Assembly: GCA_949358305.1 (NCBI GenBank)
Contig: OX442314.1
Span: 1,426,001 to 1,490,000 of the forward strand
Length of the DNA stretch: 64,000 nt
Source of the DNA: Strigamia acuminata
Taxonomy: Eukaryota
Direction: 5' to 3'
Of this stretch, positions 11,801-26,800 are shown piece by piece. The position numbers were made by a program, and so were the translations under genes. Every line of letters begins with the position of its first letter. Position 1 is the stretch's first letter. Under the pieces are notes generated by a model that searched no databases, had not been told where the DNA came from, and saw nothing but the letters and a program-made list of their open reading frames with translations.

Positions 11801-14800
11801 TTGTGGTAATTTTCCACTCATTGCGAACCCAATTCATCGATTTAACGTTGTTTTTCGCCAAAAAAGGTTGATTTTTGCAGCAAAATTTCGGAAAATTTCG
11901 GAAAAAACTCAATTTTTCTGGTAAATATGTTTCGTCGAAGGATTTCTATAATTGTAACCATAATTTTTAAATAAAAACATGTCATTTCGCTATAAAACGT
12001 TCGGTTGTTTTCGATTTCTCAAAAATTCGGGATTTTCTTGTTTTCATGGTAAAAAAATATCCATTTTTGGTCGAATTTATTTCCTGTAAACACTAATAAT
12101 TTAATAATTTTTACAGTAAATTAATGTCTTATTCCAGTATAAAATGGTGTAAATAAAAATTTGAATTCACAAAAAAAAAGTTTGTAAAGTGAACTGAACT
12201 AGAACTGAACTAGAACTGAACTAGAACTGAACTAGAACTTAGTTCACTTTGAGATTTCGGGGTGAACGGGAACTAGAACTAGTTCAGTAAATTGAAAATG
12301 GTGATGAACGAGAACTAGAACTAGTTCGCGATTTAGTGAACTAGATACAACACTGAAGGTATGTAACTTGTATTGCAAGAGCACTACCACCTCATACCTG
12401 CAAGTCAGAGATTCACGAAACTTTTTTGTATAGCAATTGTTGTGGCATTTTTTGTATTCATTTTTTCCCAAACATGGACGTAATTTTGCGTTGAATCTGA
12501 TATTCTACAAATATGATTGTACAGTAATGAGCTGATATTTAAATACTTACACTTGGAGTACTTAGTTGTTGATTTTCTAAATCCTACTTACATTAAACGA
12601 CTTAAAATAGGCCATTGTATAAGAGGTACCCAATATATTAATCTGTCTACTGAGAATTGAGGCAATTTGAGCGCCTTCTGGTCTTATATAAAGCTAAAAA
12701 AAAATGTTAGAATCATGGTTTAAAATATTAACTACCTGACAGAAATGGTGTCACATTCTTGCTGCAAGAACAATATACCGAATTTGACCATTTCTAAAAA
12801 TTTTGTGAAATTCTCAAATATACAGTATTACAGTAATTTCAATATGAAATTATTTTATCTCAGTACAGCCCTAATTATTTTGAACACCTTTCTAAATCTC
12901 ACTTCCATCATTTGTTGCGACCTGCAGTGTGTAATGATTGATCCAAATTTGAAAATTTTAAATGTTTTGATTATTCCTCATTTTTTTTAGAGCATGTTTC
13001 TACCTCTTAAAATCTATTTTAATTTATTGGATTATATATTATTGACATGCCATTAAAAGTGAAAAGAACCAGTTATAGTGGCTCGCCCTAAAATTCGCAT
13101 CAATACACGATGATGATTATTAATAATTTTTATATACAGTACAGTAGGCGCATTCGAAAAGTCATTTGAACTAAACGACCAGTGTAACTGGTAGTATAAA
13201 TGTCAAGTTAAACGACCCAATTTTCGAGTGTAAATAAATTAGCCCAAATGCGGCCGAACATCGGCTGCATTCAATAGATTAAAGTCTGCCAAATACGATC
13301 ACACAAATGCGGCCGAACAACAGCCGCATTCGATCGCACAAACGTAAATCATTGAAACCGATCTAACGAAAATCCAAGATGGCTGCCAGCAAGACCCGAA
13401 TTGAATGAGAAAACTCGTTGAACAGAGATTTAAACGTAGCTTGCAGGTAGTTTCCGTTTAACCAGTTAACACGACATTTACGCGAATTAATTCGTGAAAA
13501 TGAGTGTAAACACATTTACACTCGTTTTGATGACTTGTGGACAAAAAAACTTCCCTGCAGTTTAGCTGTTTTAAGTTCATCTACCAGGTAGCATAAAAAT
13601 CCATTGAGATTTAATGACATCAATGGTGACCCCGGTCTCTTGTCTTGCCCTAACAACAGTATTAAAAGATAAGCTGGCCAAACAATGATGTCATTGGTTG
13701 GATTTTATACAAGAACAGCCAAAAAACAGCGAAGTACGACTGTACATACCGTACTGCCTCATTTAAACGCCCGGATTCATTCGGACGCCGGGCCCTTATA
13801 ACGCCGGGCAGTCGTACACACAAAAGGTTATAGACGCCAGCCCCGTATTAACGCCGGGTTTCAAATTAGCGCCGGGCAAACGGGGAATGGCCAATTACGG
13901 CTACAAAACGTTTCGGAAGTGCTGCTCAAAAACGCTGCTGCAATTTTTGGCACTTCAAATCCGGGTGCCTTTGCTGTTTCTGATCACTTTTTTACTTAAT
14001 GGGATGTGTAGATGATTGCAAAATATAAAAATAAAAATTTTTTTCAAAAAAAATTTTTCATTTGCTATTTTGTTTTTCCGAAAATTTATTTTGGACTATT
14101 TTTCTGGTTAAACGCCTGGTTCGAATAAACGCCTGGTTTTAAATTACCGCCTGGCGGGTTGGCCCAAAAACATTAAACGCCCGGGCGTTTAAATGAGGCA
14201 GTATGGTAAGCCTAATGTCCAATTATGCAAACAAATCGGTTTTATAAGCACTCATGTCTCCAGATTAATCATGATATCTTATTACCCTGCTTTAAACCCT
14301 ATGCCAATGTCCATGGGTTTACCAGCTTGTTGGAATTTCAGTCAAACAACATTTACTGGCATGATGATGAAATTTTTTTTTAAATTAAAAAAGCCCAGAT
14401 GAATAATTATGTAGGAATGTAAGCATTAAATAGGAGTTTTCTTGATATTCTGAAGGGTATTACTACTATTTGAGTCAATTTATAGGAATTGAACGCACCT
14501 GTTGAAAAAATTTCACACTCACTTACATTGGCATGCCGGTGAAAACGGGGTTTATCAGCATGCTGGTAAAACTCGCACTTTACCGGCATGCGGCTTAAAG
14601 TGGGGTAATAGGGAAATTGGTGTTCTATACTGTATACAAGAGATGAGTATTGTGTACCCGTACCCGTAACCATTACCCTACCCGCCTAGAACCGGGTACG
14701 CGCTGGTTACATGGTGCTAACGTCGTAAATTAAATATGTACGATGTACGTACTGTGTATTTACAATGTTAGCACCACTTTGAGAATTGAACACATCAACA

Positions 14801-17800
14801 CAACAAGCATGCACATGCAGTGTCTTCCTCGTCGTCGTCGCCCAAGCCCCATATTGTTAATGCTTTTAAGGTATGGGTACGGGTAAGTAGGGTGTGGGGA
14901 TGCCCGGGTACGGGCGGGTACGGGTACAGAATTTTATTGCAGGCGGGTAACGAGTACGGTTTTAACGCCAATGCTCATCTCTGCTGTACACGTTTCACAT
15001 GCAGAAAATGGGATTTGGTGGGTAAATTTGGCATCAAAACAATAGGTGTAGACTGTGGAATCGTGTCTTTGTACAGTATTACCTGATAAAGATGGTCAGT
15101 ACAATTACTTAACGGTACTGTTTTCCGTAAATTAAAGAAAATAGTTGTAACGTGTCCAGCATATTTTGCAGGTGCTATAAGAAAAAATCAAATTTATGTA
15201 AATTTGGGTAGAATACATTTTTCTTTTCAATTCCAAAAGTATATTTTTCTATTGACCAGTTCAATTTCGCTCTAGGGAACTTGTTCAGTGTTTACCAATA
15301 ACAGATTTCCAGCATGTTCCTGTGTGCATTTTCAAAGGAGTCCAGTCTGCTGTGAAGTCTAATCCAAACACCTGTAAAACAAAACACTTTGTATTTTATT
15401 TTAGGCCGGATACCTACTGTAGAAGAAACGTGGCAACTTGCAACCAACTAACCAAAATATATAATTATATGCTATTCTAACTAGTCCATACCTTTCCAGC
15501 AATTTTGATTAATACTTTATCTACTATCGGTGTTTGATATCTCCACAAATCTTCTAATGACAAATTTTGCGATCCGAATTTTTCGTTCATTAAATCCAGA
15601 AAATTGATCTTGCAGGATTCTTTGCGTTTTTTCTTGGCATGTGTTTGCATGTAGTTTGCCATTATAGGTCCAGTGCCACAGGCAATTAAATTAGGCCAGT
15701 GTATTGTGTCATTTTCTTGGATGGTTACTACAAGTCTTGTTGGTTCACTCAAGAAAAGTGAAATTTTGCATTTTGATACGTAAGAAGCCAATGCAACAGA
15801 TGTGCACAGTATGATCGTGTAAAATATTTGATACACAATGTTGGTTCCAACTGATCCTGATTTACCAGTCGTACTCCTTTGGCGCATCAACGCGTTCACT
15901 TGTTTTGTGATTCGTTGTTTGGTTTTTATATCAAGACGAACAGGTTTTATGTATTTGTAAGCAATAAATCCTGCTAATTGTACAATTTTGATCAAAGATA
16001 AGAGAGAGTAGCCTAATGAGAATCCCAAATTTCCACCAAAGTCTATCAATAAGTCTGAAAAGCCGTATATGAATTCCTCGGTCATTTGTACATATACAGG
16101 TTCTGGTTCTCTAAATCTCCAAACCAATAGATCACGATCAGGTTCTACAAAATAATGATAAGGAGAAATGTATAATAGTACATATAAAAAACATATACGG
16201 AATTTATGACATAGCATTAAGTTTACTAATTTATATTTATATGTGTAGGAACATCATTTCACTACATTTAGTGTAAGGTAAAAGTGGGTTGCGGTTGAAG
16301 TTTTTAGTTATAGTTATAAAATTTGAGTCAACCTTATACTAGTACATGTCACGTGATTACCGAATTAGTAATGTCTCATTCGCATAAAAATAGGGATTTC
16401 CTGTTTTTAACTGTTGCAATACAATGCTGCAACTTTATTATACTGTATGTGAATTTAAAGGGATCAAAAGCACAAACAATTAGATAAACTATAACATGTG
16501 CGGGGTGGCGCTACTGTCGCGAAATAATATATCGCAAATCCAGAAATCGCGATTTTCGCAATTACAAATTTTGAAAAAATGTATCGCGAATGACATATAT
16601 CGCGAATGAAATATATCGCGAACAAGATATATCGCGAATAATCAAATCGCGAAAAGAAGAAAACGCAAAAAAAAGAAAACGCAAAAAAAAAGAAAATTTG
16701 AACGATAAAAAGAAAAAGAAAACGCGAAAAAAAAGAAAATTCGAACGAGAAAAAGAGAAAAAAAACGCGAAAAAAAAGAAAATTCCAACGAGAGAAAGAA
16801 AAAGAAGACGCGAAAAAAAAGAAAATTCCAACGAGAAAAAGAAAAAGAAAACGCGAAAAAAAAGAAAATTCCAACGAGAAAAAGAAAAAGAAAACGCGAA
16901 AAAAGGAAACCATCCATTACTTCGAGACCAGCAGTCAAAGTCAAAGTCGCCGAGCAGGTCGGCTAGCAACGTCAACTCTCGCTCGCGCCGCTTATTTGGC
17001 GTTTTCGTTATGTGCAAGCTCGAGAATTAAACGCCTTCGCCGCCGAGCCAAAATAAATCGGAATGTCGAATAAAACAGTCTACGTTCACATGATCACCGG
17101 AAATTCGACTTACTCACCACTGGCGGTGCCGAGCGTCGAAGCAAACGTTGCGGATGGTTGTTTGGAGTTCAGGTTTTTGTTTTTATTCCAATTTCACGTT
17201 TTCTTTTTTTTTTTCGTGATTTGTTTTTTCACGATACACAAATTCGCGTTCCATCAGATTCGCGTTTTGCGATTCACGGATTCGCGGTACGTCAGATTCG
17301 CGTTATGCTGTCTAACAGCAAATAAAATCGCGATTTCTAGATTTGCGATTCCTTTTTTCGCGACTTCAAATGCGCCCCACATGTGCTCCCCCATGAATGA
17401 AGCGGAAAATTCAAAATGGTGGCGAAAGAGGTCAATGCTAATCCAAATTTCTAGTCAGTGACGTAAACGGATTCCTTTACTTTAACGACGCCCGTTTTAG
17501 CGACGCCGTGTTTAAGCTGCTTAGATTCAGCTAGGTTAGGTTAGTTTAGGTCAGGTCAGGTTAGGTTAGGTTAGGTTAGGTTAGTTTAGGTCAGGTTAGG
17601 TTAGTTTGGTTAGGTTAGGTTAGTTTGGTTAGGTTAGGTTAGTTTGGTTACGTTAGGTCAGGCTACGTTAGGTTTAATTAGGTTAAGAAACGGCATTGCT
17701 AAAACGGGCATCGCTAAAGTGAAGTATACAGGGTGAATAAAAAGTCTGGTTCTCTACTAAATATTTCTGAAAGTGCTGACAATGCATCTAATTCAATGAT

Positions 17801-20800
17801 GGCAAAGTATTAAAGTTGGTTGGGACAATCTTTTGATAACTCGAAATTTGACCTTGAGATGTTCCTTCAAGGTTATTTGAAAATTATCTCAGAAATCGTT
17901 AGAGATAGACAGAAATTTCCAATTGTAAACTTGTAGAGCAACATATGTTTAGTCTAAAAATGACTAATTCTCAAATCTTTTGTACTAAAAAATTTTAAGA
18001 AAATCGCAATTCCAGTTATCATTTCAACAACTTTATGGCATTGTCTACCCCAGTGGTTTCCAAACATTTTTGGTTCAAGGCGCCCCTGTAGGTGGTTCAG
18101 CGTTCCTGTAGGCCCGCCGTGGTACTCAGTTTGGGAACCACTGGTCTACCCAATGACTTGAAGATGCTCGTTTTGACAAATAGGAATCGTTTCATCAGAG
18201 ACAAAGCGATAGCTGAATGTGGATAGTGATCTCGAGGAACTCCTCTCACTATAGGGGATTTGGACTTTTTTAAGAAAAAATGTCGAAAATATTTTAAATT
18301 TTGTTCAATTTTCAACAAAAAATTCAAAATTTTTATTAAATGTATTTGTAAAGATTCGGGGATTCGGAACGGGATTCGAAAGCCCATGTCAGAGATTTGG
18401 TTGAATGTCGTACTCCCTGATTGAAACTATTAATTGTATTTGTGATTTTATAACTAGTATTTATGATTGCATGTTGAACTGTTGATGTACAATTGTTGAT
18501 AAAAAAATTGTCGCCTTATCCCAAAGGACAATTGTGGCCATGGTATGTTTTGACTTTTGTAACTTTTTATCAGAGTCAGCAAGGGAGGAGAAGACCTAAT
18601 TTCTGCAAGCCTTCTGTTATGTTTAGGGAAAAAAAGGCGACAATTCTTTTGTCCACAATTGTACAATTAGTTGCATTATGTAAATGGGTAAAACTCACCT
18701 TTGAAAGTTTGCTGTAGAACAAATAAAGCACGTGTTTGACAAGGTCTTAAGCATTTACAGTCCGTTGTTGCCGATGTAGACACTGCAGCTTTAAATGAAT
18801 CTTCAAATACTTCACTAACAAGTGTTTTGTTTGTTTCCAGACTACAGTCTAATTGTTTTTTTGTACTCATCATGTATGGCAATCTAACAACAGTTTGCTT
18901 TTACTCATCAAAGAACTCTTTAACCCTCGGAGGCATAAGGGTAAAATGTGCTGTTTTGGTATATGGCATTCCGGATTTATGGACAATTTTCAGGTCCATT
19001 GGTCAAAGCACAATTTAGTTTTTTTGTAGTTCTCTACTAATTTTATAGAGGGTGCAATATGTTAAGGCAATAATAATGAAATTTGAACCATCTGGTGGTG
19101 GTTTTAAACACTACTGCAAAAAGGCTGCGAACTGGAGCGCTCTTTACTAAGCTTGTTAACGGATCGGATTGGATCGGATTTCTGGCCAATCCGCATCCGA
19201 TCCGAAATAGTGCGGATCGGAAAATGCGGATCCGATCCGATCCGCATTCCCAGATCAGCCAATCCGATCCGATCCGATCCGATCCGCAATCAATCCGCGG
19301 ATTGCGGATCAATCCGCAGATTTTTTCGTCGATACCCGATGAAAAACGGGGTCCGACGCCCTACTGTCGAATGTCGCGGTCGTCGATTATCGGGCGTCAG
19401 CCGTTGACTGTCGGGCGTTAGCTGTCGATTGTCGGCCGGACGTTTTCGGATCTCGCGCCCGTCAACCGTCGATTGGCGGGCGGACGTTTTTGGCTCTCGT
19501 GCCCGTCGATTGGCGTAAATAACAGTTTTTTAAATTATATAACATTATTTTATTTACGAATTATAAAATCATCAAATAAAATAACATTAAACATTAAATG
19601 ACGGGCGCGAGAGCCAAAAACGTCCGCCCGACAATCGACGGTTGACGGGCGCGAGAGCCAAAAACGTCCGCCCGACAATAGACGGTTGACGGGCGCGAGA
19701 GCCGAAAACGTCCGGCCGACAATCGACAGCTAACGCCCGACAATTTGATTGTTTTTTTCCGAATAACAACGGAATTACAAGTGTTTACAGTACAATTAAC
19801 AATAACTTATTGCTAATTGTATTGTAAACAGTTGTAATTCCGTTGTTATTCGAAAAAAAAACACGTTAAATTTATTTTTTTTTAAATGGCGGATCGCTCG
19901 GATCAATCCGCGGATTCGCCCAATCCGATCCACGGATTGATGGCTCGGATTGGTCACCCATCCGATCCGATCCGATCCGCAGGCGGATCAGTCAAAAAAC
20001 CATCCGCATCCGATCCGAGCGGATCAAATCCGCGGATTGGCGGATCGGATCGGATCGGGTTAACAAGCTTACTCTTTACTGAACCAGCAAAGCCAGTTTA
20101 AAAGTTATGCTGGAGCTTTAAGGGGCTGAAAATTTCAATTCAGAATAAATAATTAAATAAACAACTAATACATACAACTTATTTCATATGAATCAAAGTC
20201 TGACACTACAGGGTGTCCTAAAAGTCTGTACCCCTCCAAATATTTCCTGAGCAATTGCATCTAGGTCAACTTTGATGAAGCGATCGTATAGGAAGTTGGG
20301 TGCGAGCAATCCAATGACGTCATCTGATTTGACCTTGAAGGCCATTTTCAAGGTCATACACGTGCTAACTTCTAAACCAATCAGGTTAGAGCAAAAAAGT
20401 CAATTACAAAGTTGTAGAGCACCATCAAATTAGTACTATCCAATTGATGTTAGTCATCTTAAGTGAAATGTTTTCTTTTTAAAAAGGAGACAAATCAGCT
20501 GAAATAAAGCCAGCCATTGTGACAAAACTTAAATTGCTATTAGAAAAATACTGAATTACTTAAATAAACGTATTCAAATGTGCATTATTATGCAAGTAAA
20601 CAAGAAAAACCACTGCTTTTTTTTAATGCCTCAATAATTATTTTATCACAAGAATAAAAAATTTCACTTTGCGGATTTTTTTTCTGATTTGCCTCCTTTT
20701 TATGAAGAAAACATTTAACTTAAGATGACTAAAATAAGTTGGATAGTACTAATTTGATGGTGCTCTACAACTTTGTAATTGGAAATTTTGCTGTATCTTA

Positions 20801-23800
20801 AACGGTTTAAAAGTTAGAAAGTGAATGACCTTGAAAATGACCTTCAAGGTAAAATTTGATAACGTCATTGGATTGCTCTCACCCAACTTCCAATATGATC
20901 GCTTCATCAAAATTGGCCTAGATGCAATTGCTCAGGAAATATTTGGAGGGGTACAGACTTTTAGAACACCCTGTATAAACAAAAACACAAATTTTCTGCA
21001 AAAAAAAATGGATAGGGAAAATATTTTCCCATTAAAGAAACAGCTTGTCCATAAATCCGTATACCCTTATGCCTCCGAGGGTCAAAGTAAAATAGTACGG
21101 AGTAATAAATAACAATCTCAAAAGTTTAGTTCTGTCGTTTCTGCGTGCTTTACTTCTTGAAACCACTACTCGTTTCTTGTGGTCAATATATTGCATAGTA
21201 TAATTGACGGTGATCACAAGTAGCCGATTAGCCAGGTTCTGAAGTTAGGGGGAGCGAACACGTAAAAAGGCACCATAACACACAATTTAAAAAGGCAGCA
21301 TGACTTTTTTGATAAATTTCCAATGAAATTTGAGAATTTTCAATAAAATTTCCAGCAAAATTTGACAATTTTTAAGATAAACTTTTTATGCATTTTTATC
21401 AAATTTGATAATTGTTAGATAATATTGAACGAAATTTTATAAATAGCGGTGCCTGGTGTGCCCTTCGTCTCTTTTGGGTTTTGAGTTTTTTTAGGGAGTT
21501 TATTGGAGTTTTTGCGGGGACGGATGATGTGTGGGGTTTGAGGCGGGAAATTGTTGACTTGTTGCTGTCAAGAGTTTTGCAATTTCTGTCGAGAAGAAAA
21601 AGTTGAAATTCGGTTCCCAAAAAAATTTTTAAAATCTTTTTAGATGAAATAATTAAATTTTGACTAAAATTGAACATAAACTGACCAGAAACTGACCGAA
21701 AACCAAATATAAATGATTATTTTTCAAATTATCGAAACCCCTTTTTTGAAAAAAATGCAAAAAAAAATTTTCAAAGGAAAAAACTAATGAAAACACATTT
21801 TTGACCTCAAACAGACCCCGAACTGACCAGAAAGCCAAAAACAATTACTCCGTAATTTTTTTTAATTTTCAAAACCCCATCCAATAAATCAAAACAAGCT
21901 GGGATTTGTAATGCAGGGAAGCATTACATATTAGACTTCTAAACCCTGTCCTTTTGTCCCTAAATAAAACACCGAAATAAAAGAAAATAAAGTAATTTTA
22001 AAAAAAAAATTTTTTTTGCCAATATAAAGCAACAACAAACAAAATCCCACCAAAATTTGATATGATATGCTGCGGAATTGTTGCATCTGGGGTTTGCTAC
22101 AATCGGGAAATAAATCGCGCGGAAAACGTATCGCAACGTATGGCTTACGGCAGGGTTTCCCAAACGGTGAGGCGCGCCTCACTGGTGGGGCGCGAGCTGA
22201 TTATTGGTGGGGCGCACCCATTATACATGCTTAAATAAAACAAGCTTATTTTGCAAACTTTTGTAAATTTTTAACCAAAAGTATATAAAATTATACAAAG
22301 TTTTATGCAAAATTATATAAAAATTAGTATATTTTTAAAAATTTAATGCACTGGTAGATGAAGTGGGGCGCAGAAGATCGCCCTGCTTAAAAAGTGGGGC
22401 GCGATGCTAAAAAGTTTGGGAACCCCTGGCTTACGGGATCCGCCAGGTGGCGCTAGTACAATGTTACAACTTCCGATGCGCGGACGGAAGTAGTATTATT
22501 TGACGGCTAAAAGTGTACAAAATCGTGTTTATTAATTCAACTGGAGGTTGGAAAATTTCGAAAAGTTCCTAGGATACCAATACAGGTACGCTGAATTTAT
22601 TGCCGTTATCTGTTTATCTCCACCTGCTATAGATTTTGAGATATGGATGCGTACGGACAGACAGACAGACGGACAGAACCGTTTCCTGAGACTCTCTAAA
22701 CATCAGGTTTAGAAGTCTAAAAACACCAAATTTATGAGTCATAATTTGTATTACTTCATTTCGTCATTGTGTCTTTTCATCGCCAGGGTTTTTTCATCTC
22801 GTCGCCCTTCATTTTGTCGCCGTGTTTTTTCGTCGCCAAAAATGGCGACGAAGTGAAGGGCGACGAATTGAAAGGACATAATCAGAAACGAACCACAAGA
22901 ACTTTTCGTATTATTTGTAATGTGGATAGTGTCTCACTTGCAATGTCTCTCCTCATCCTTTCTTACCAAACAATCTTCATAGCATTTGATGATTTGATGT
23001 TTGTTGGGCTCGCAATAAGGGTGTCTTGTGGCCAAAAAATTGTACTGTAAATTGAAATTTAGTTTAATTTAGACATCAGTCAACTCTGTAATTTGTGACA
23101 GTTTGTTTACTTTACGTAAACTGAGCTGCATGTCAGCTCTAATTCCCGCTTGTACAGCACGTGTATCACGGAAAGGTTTTATGTAATCATAAATGAACGT
23201 CTAAAATATATTTTTTTTACAAAGCATTAAAATCAGAATCGACATTTGTTTTTAAATTTATGTTTCAATTATTGTATAGATTCTTACGGCAACAATAGAT
23301 AGCTGGCATGTACCATTCTTTCTAAATCTTAGGCTGAAAGTTGTCCTTTCATCTGCTGGTATATCTTAGAAGGAAAATAAATATGGAATAATTTGACATA
23401 ATACGACAACATATTGAGTTAATACATTCGGTGCATTCAATCTCAAAATGTAAAAAAAAAACGATTCTAAAAACTTGATTATAGAATTGGTTTTTAACTT
23501 TGACCGAGTTAAATTTAACTCGTTCAAAGTAAAACTTAAGCATGCGTAGTTCTGATTTAAGTGTTCTGGAATCAAGTTCTCTTGATCCCAGAACTAGTTC
23601 TGAACAGAAAATGGTATCCAGGAAAAAAAACAAAAAAATACCGGCTGTATTCGGTGGGATGAATGCGGCCTAAATATTTTTGAATTTGTTATTTGTATAT
23701 GAACTATAAGCTGTTGTATTGACCTCAGCAGAGCTGTTTGGATGGCATTTGTCCGGTTCACACAGCACTAACTAACTCTACAGGTTTATTTACCAAAATC

Positions 23801-26800
23801 AAGAATCAGTGAATTTCCGTTTATCAGGTTTTCCTGGGTCATCCGAACGCCATCTCCTTTTAGTGATAATATATTTCCATTGTTTAATGTGATATTGTAA
23901 TAAATGTTTTTGCCCTGAAAATGAATTATTTAAAGTTTAGTTAGTTGACATGTAAATTTTTTAAATTTATTTTATGGGGCTTTGGTCATATCGTATATGG
24001 CCGTGGTGGTTCCCAAACTTTGGAGCGCCGTGACTGGCCTACAGGGACAGCGCGAGATTTGAACAGATGGGTAGTGTACAACAGGTTCATCTGTCTAACT
24101 AATTGATGCCATAAATAAATTATCTACGATTTTTGTGATAATTTTTTATGAATAATCGCACCAGGTCACTGCAACTGTCAGATGTGTGTAGGCTAGTTCA
24201 CATGCATGCGTTGCTGCATCAGCTTCAATGACAAGCATGAAGCACAATGCGCAAGCATATGCCATCGCGCGTTATCAATGCTGCAACGCAAAACCAGGGC
24301 TGGATTCGGTACAAATTTAGTACCGGGAAATCTGGATGGGTTGGGCCACAGGGAAAGGCTACGGGGGGCTGTAACGCACAAATTCACAACACATTTTGGC
24401 CAACGCACATTGGTGATGCAAACGTAACGGAAATGTAACGGTAATGTAACGATAACGGTAACTTAGCTAACTAAAATGTAACGGTAACGGTTGGTAACTA
24501 GTTACTTTTTTTGCCAAGTAACGGTTGGTAACTATACTCTGTCTGACCTTAAGAATAAAGAAAAATTCCCCCCTTTTGAGGCCTTTTCACTGGTGTAGTG
24601 ATACGGAAAAGTAGAGCAATATACCAGGTTTTAATAAATGTTTTAATAAATGTTATTTTGTATTTTGCCATGGTATTTTGTATTTTGCTGTGGTATTTTG
24701 TATTTTGCTATGGTATTTTGTATTTTGCTATGGTATTTTGTATTTTGCTATGGTATTTTGTATTTTGCTATGGTATTTTGTATTTTGCTATGGTATTTTG
24801 TATTTTGCTATGGTATTTTGTATTTTGCTATGGTATTTTGGGACAGTATTTTGGTACTGTATTTTGGTACCGGTACGGTATTTTAGTACGGTATTTTGGT
24901 ATGGTATGTTGGTACCATTGGAACCAAATATGTTTTGGTACAAACATATTTGGTTCCAATGTGTTGTGACCTCAAATGTTCCTTTTATTTGGAATATTTG
25001 GAGTATAAGAAATTAATAATTTAATCTATTTAATGTGTTAAATAAATTGTTTTACATTCCCTTTAATTATATGGAAATACTAGAAATTGGTAATTTGAGG
25101 AATCAATTTATTTTAGTGTTTTTAATGAATTATTTGTTAAAATAATTACATATTTTTGCTTGCTTGTGCAAATAAAATACTCATTTTATTTGCAATTGCC
25201 AAGTGCTTTCGGCTGTTAAACAGAAGCCGTTAGGACTGCTATGGCAACCTAACTGCCAAATTGGGGGGTTGCTATGGCCAGCTCCTAATTTGCACCGTTG
25301 CTGGGCACGAAGTGTGCCAGGTGCATGCCACGCATGCGCACTCGGCCGATTTTCCGGCCAAAGTTTGAGTAATAAATTCGTTTATTACTCACTCTTTGCC
25401 TCCTCCTCACACCGTTCACACCGACACAACTTTGTTCAACCAAACCAACACTGTTTTGTCTGTGATCCGTGAGTAATTGCAAAGTTTCAACTGATTTGCT
25501 TGATGCCAATCCACATCAAGTGACTCCTTCCCGGACGACGAAGTCCGAGCAACCGTTGTTTCCGCCGCCACCCGAAGATAAACGTACACACGCCATCGTA
25601 GACCGACGCCTGGAAGACGCCAAGCCGACGAGGGACGACGCGCGCCAAGCCGACGAAACCTCGACGCTAGCCACCGACGACGGTAATTCGAGTGATATAT
25701 GTTGAAGACAGACGCCAGCCAGCCGCCGAGTTGACGAGGGACGACGCGCGAAAGCCGACGAAACCTCGTCGCTCGACCTACTGACGACGGTAATTTACCG
25801 AGAAGAAACGGACCTGAAGACCGAATTCGACAGTGCGAACCACGCCATTGGATTCGTGAGTCTTCAACGGAGAATTTCCCGTTTCCAATCGAGGGTTCAC
25901 ATCTCGTATTCTCCACTTTGGCCTGGCTATCTAGCTGGCCACGATTCTGGCTCCACAGCCGAATCACTTTGCGAAATCTCACGATTTCGCGCCCATTTGT
26001 GTGCATTTGCACCAATTTTCACGGCGATCCGTTGCCGCCATTTTCCAAACTTATTGTTTCCGCGCGCGCGAACAATTCCATTGTTCTCGCGCCTTTCTCT
26101 TCTTTCCTTGTTTAACTTTAGCAATATTCACTTAATTATTTATTTATCCCTTGTATTCATATTACTCCTTAATTTTAACATTAATAAAACCATTTTTTAA
26201 ATTATTTGTTATTATTGCATTTGCTACCAAAAAACCCCTAGACACAAAAACCACAGCCAAAATACCCCTAGACACCAACTTAACTGCCAAACCCGATAGA
26301 AGACCTTTTGCGGCATTCAACTGCTTTCCACAGGTTGAATACCGGGACCTTTTGCATTGAATTAGATTAATATTCTGTGCAATTATTATTATCATAATTT
26401 TGGGAACATCCAGGAACGCAACAAATGGTACCAACATACTGTAACCAAAATACTGTAACAAAATACCGTACCAAAATACCGTACCGGTACCAAAATACAG
26501 CACCAGAATACTGTCCCAAAATACCACACCAAAATACAAAATACCATACCAAAATACAAAATACCATACCAAAATACAAAATACCATACCAAAATACAAA
26601 AATAACATACCAAAATACCAAAATACCATTGTATATTTACTTTATTTTAGGATTATCAGGCTTAATAAAACCTGAGTTTTTATTAAAAGCTGGTGTATTG
26701 CTCTACTTTTCCGTATCACTACACTAGTGAAAAGGCCTCAAAAGGTGGGGGATTTTTCTTTATGCTTAAGGTCAGACAGAGTATAGTTACTTTTTTTGCC

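Noticed and set aside
16464..17030. Phe-rich and Lys-rich ORFs
   Set aside because: Translations of an A-rich tandem repeat within a MITE.
24598..26727. Hydrophobic repetitive ORFs (YFVFCYGIL...)
   Set aside because: Products of the 20-bp tandem repeat in transposon TIRs, open in several frames.
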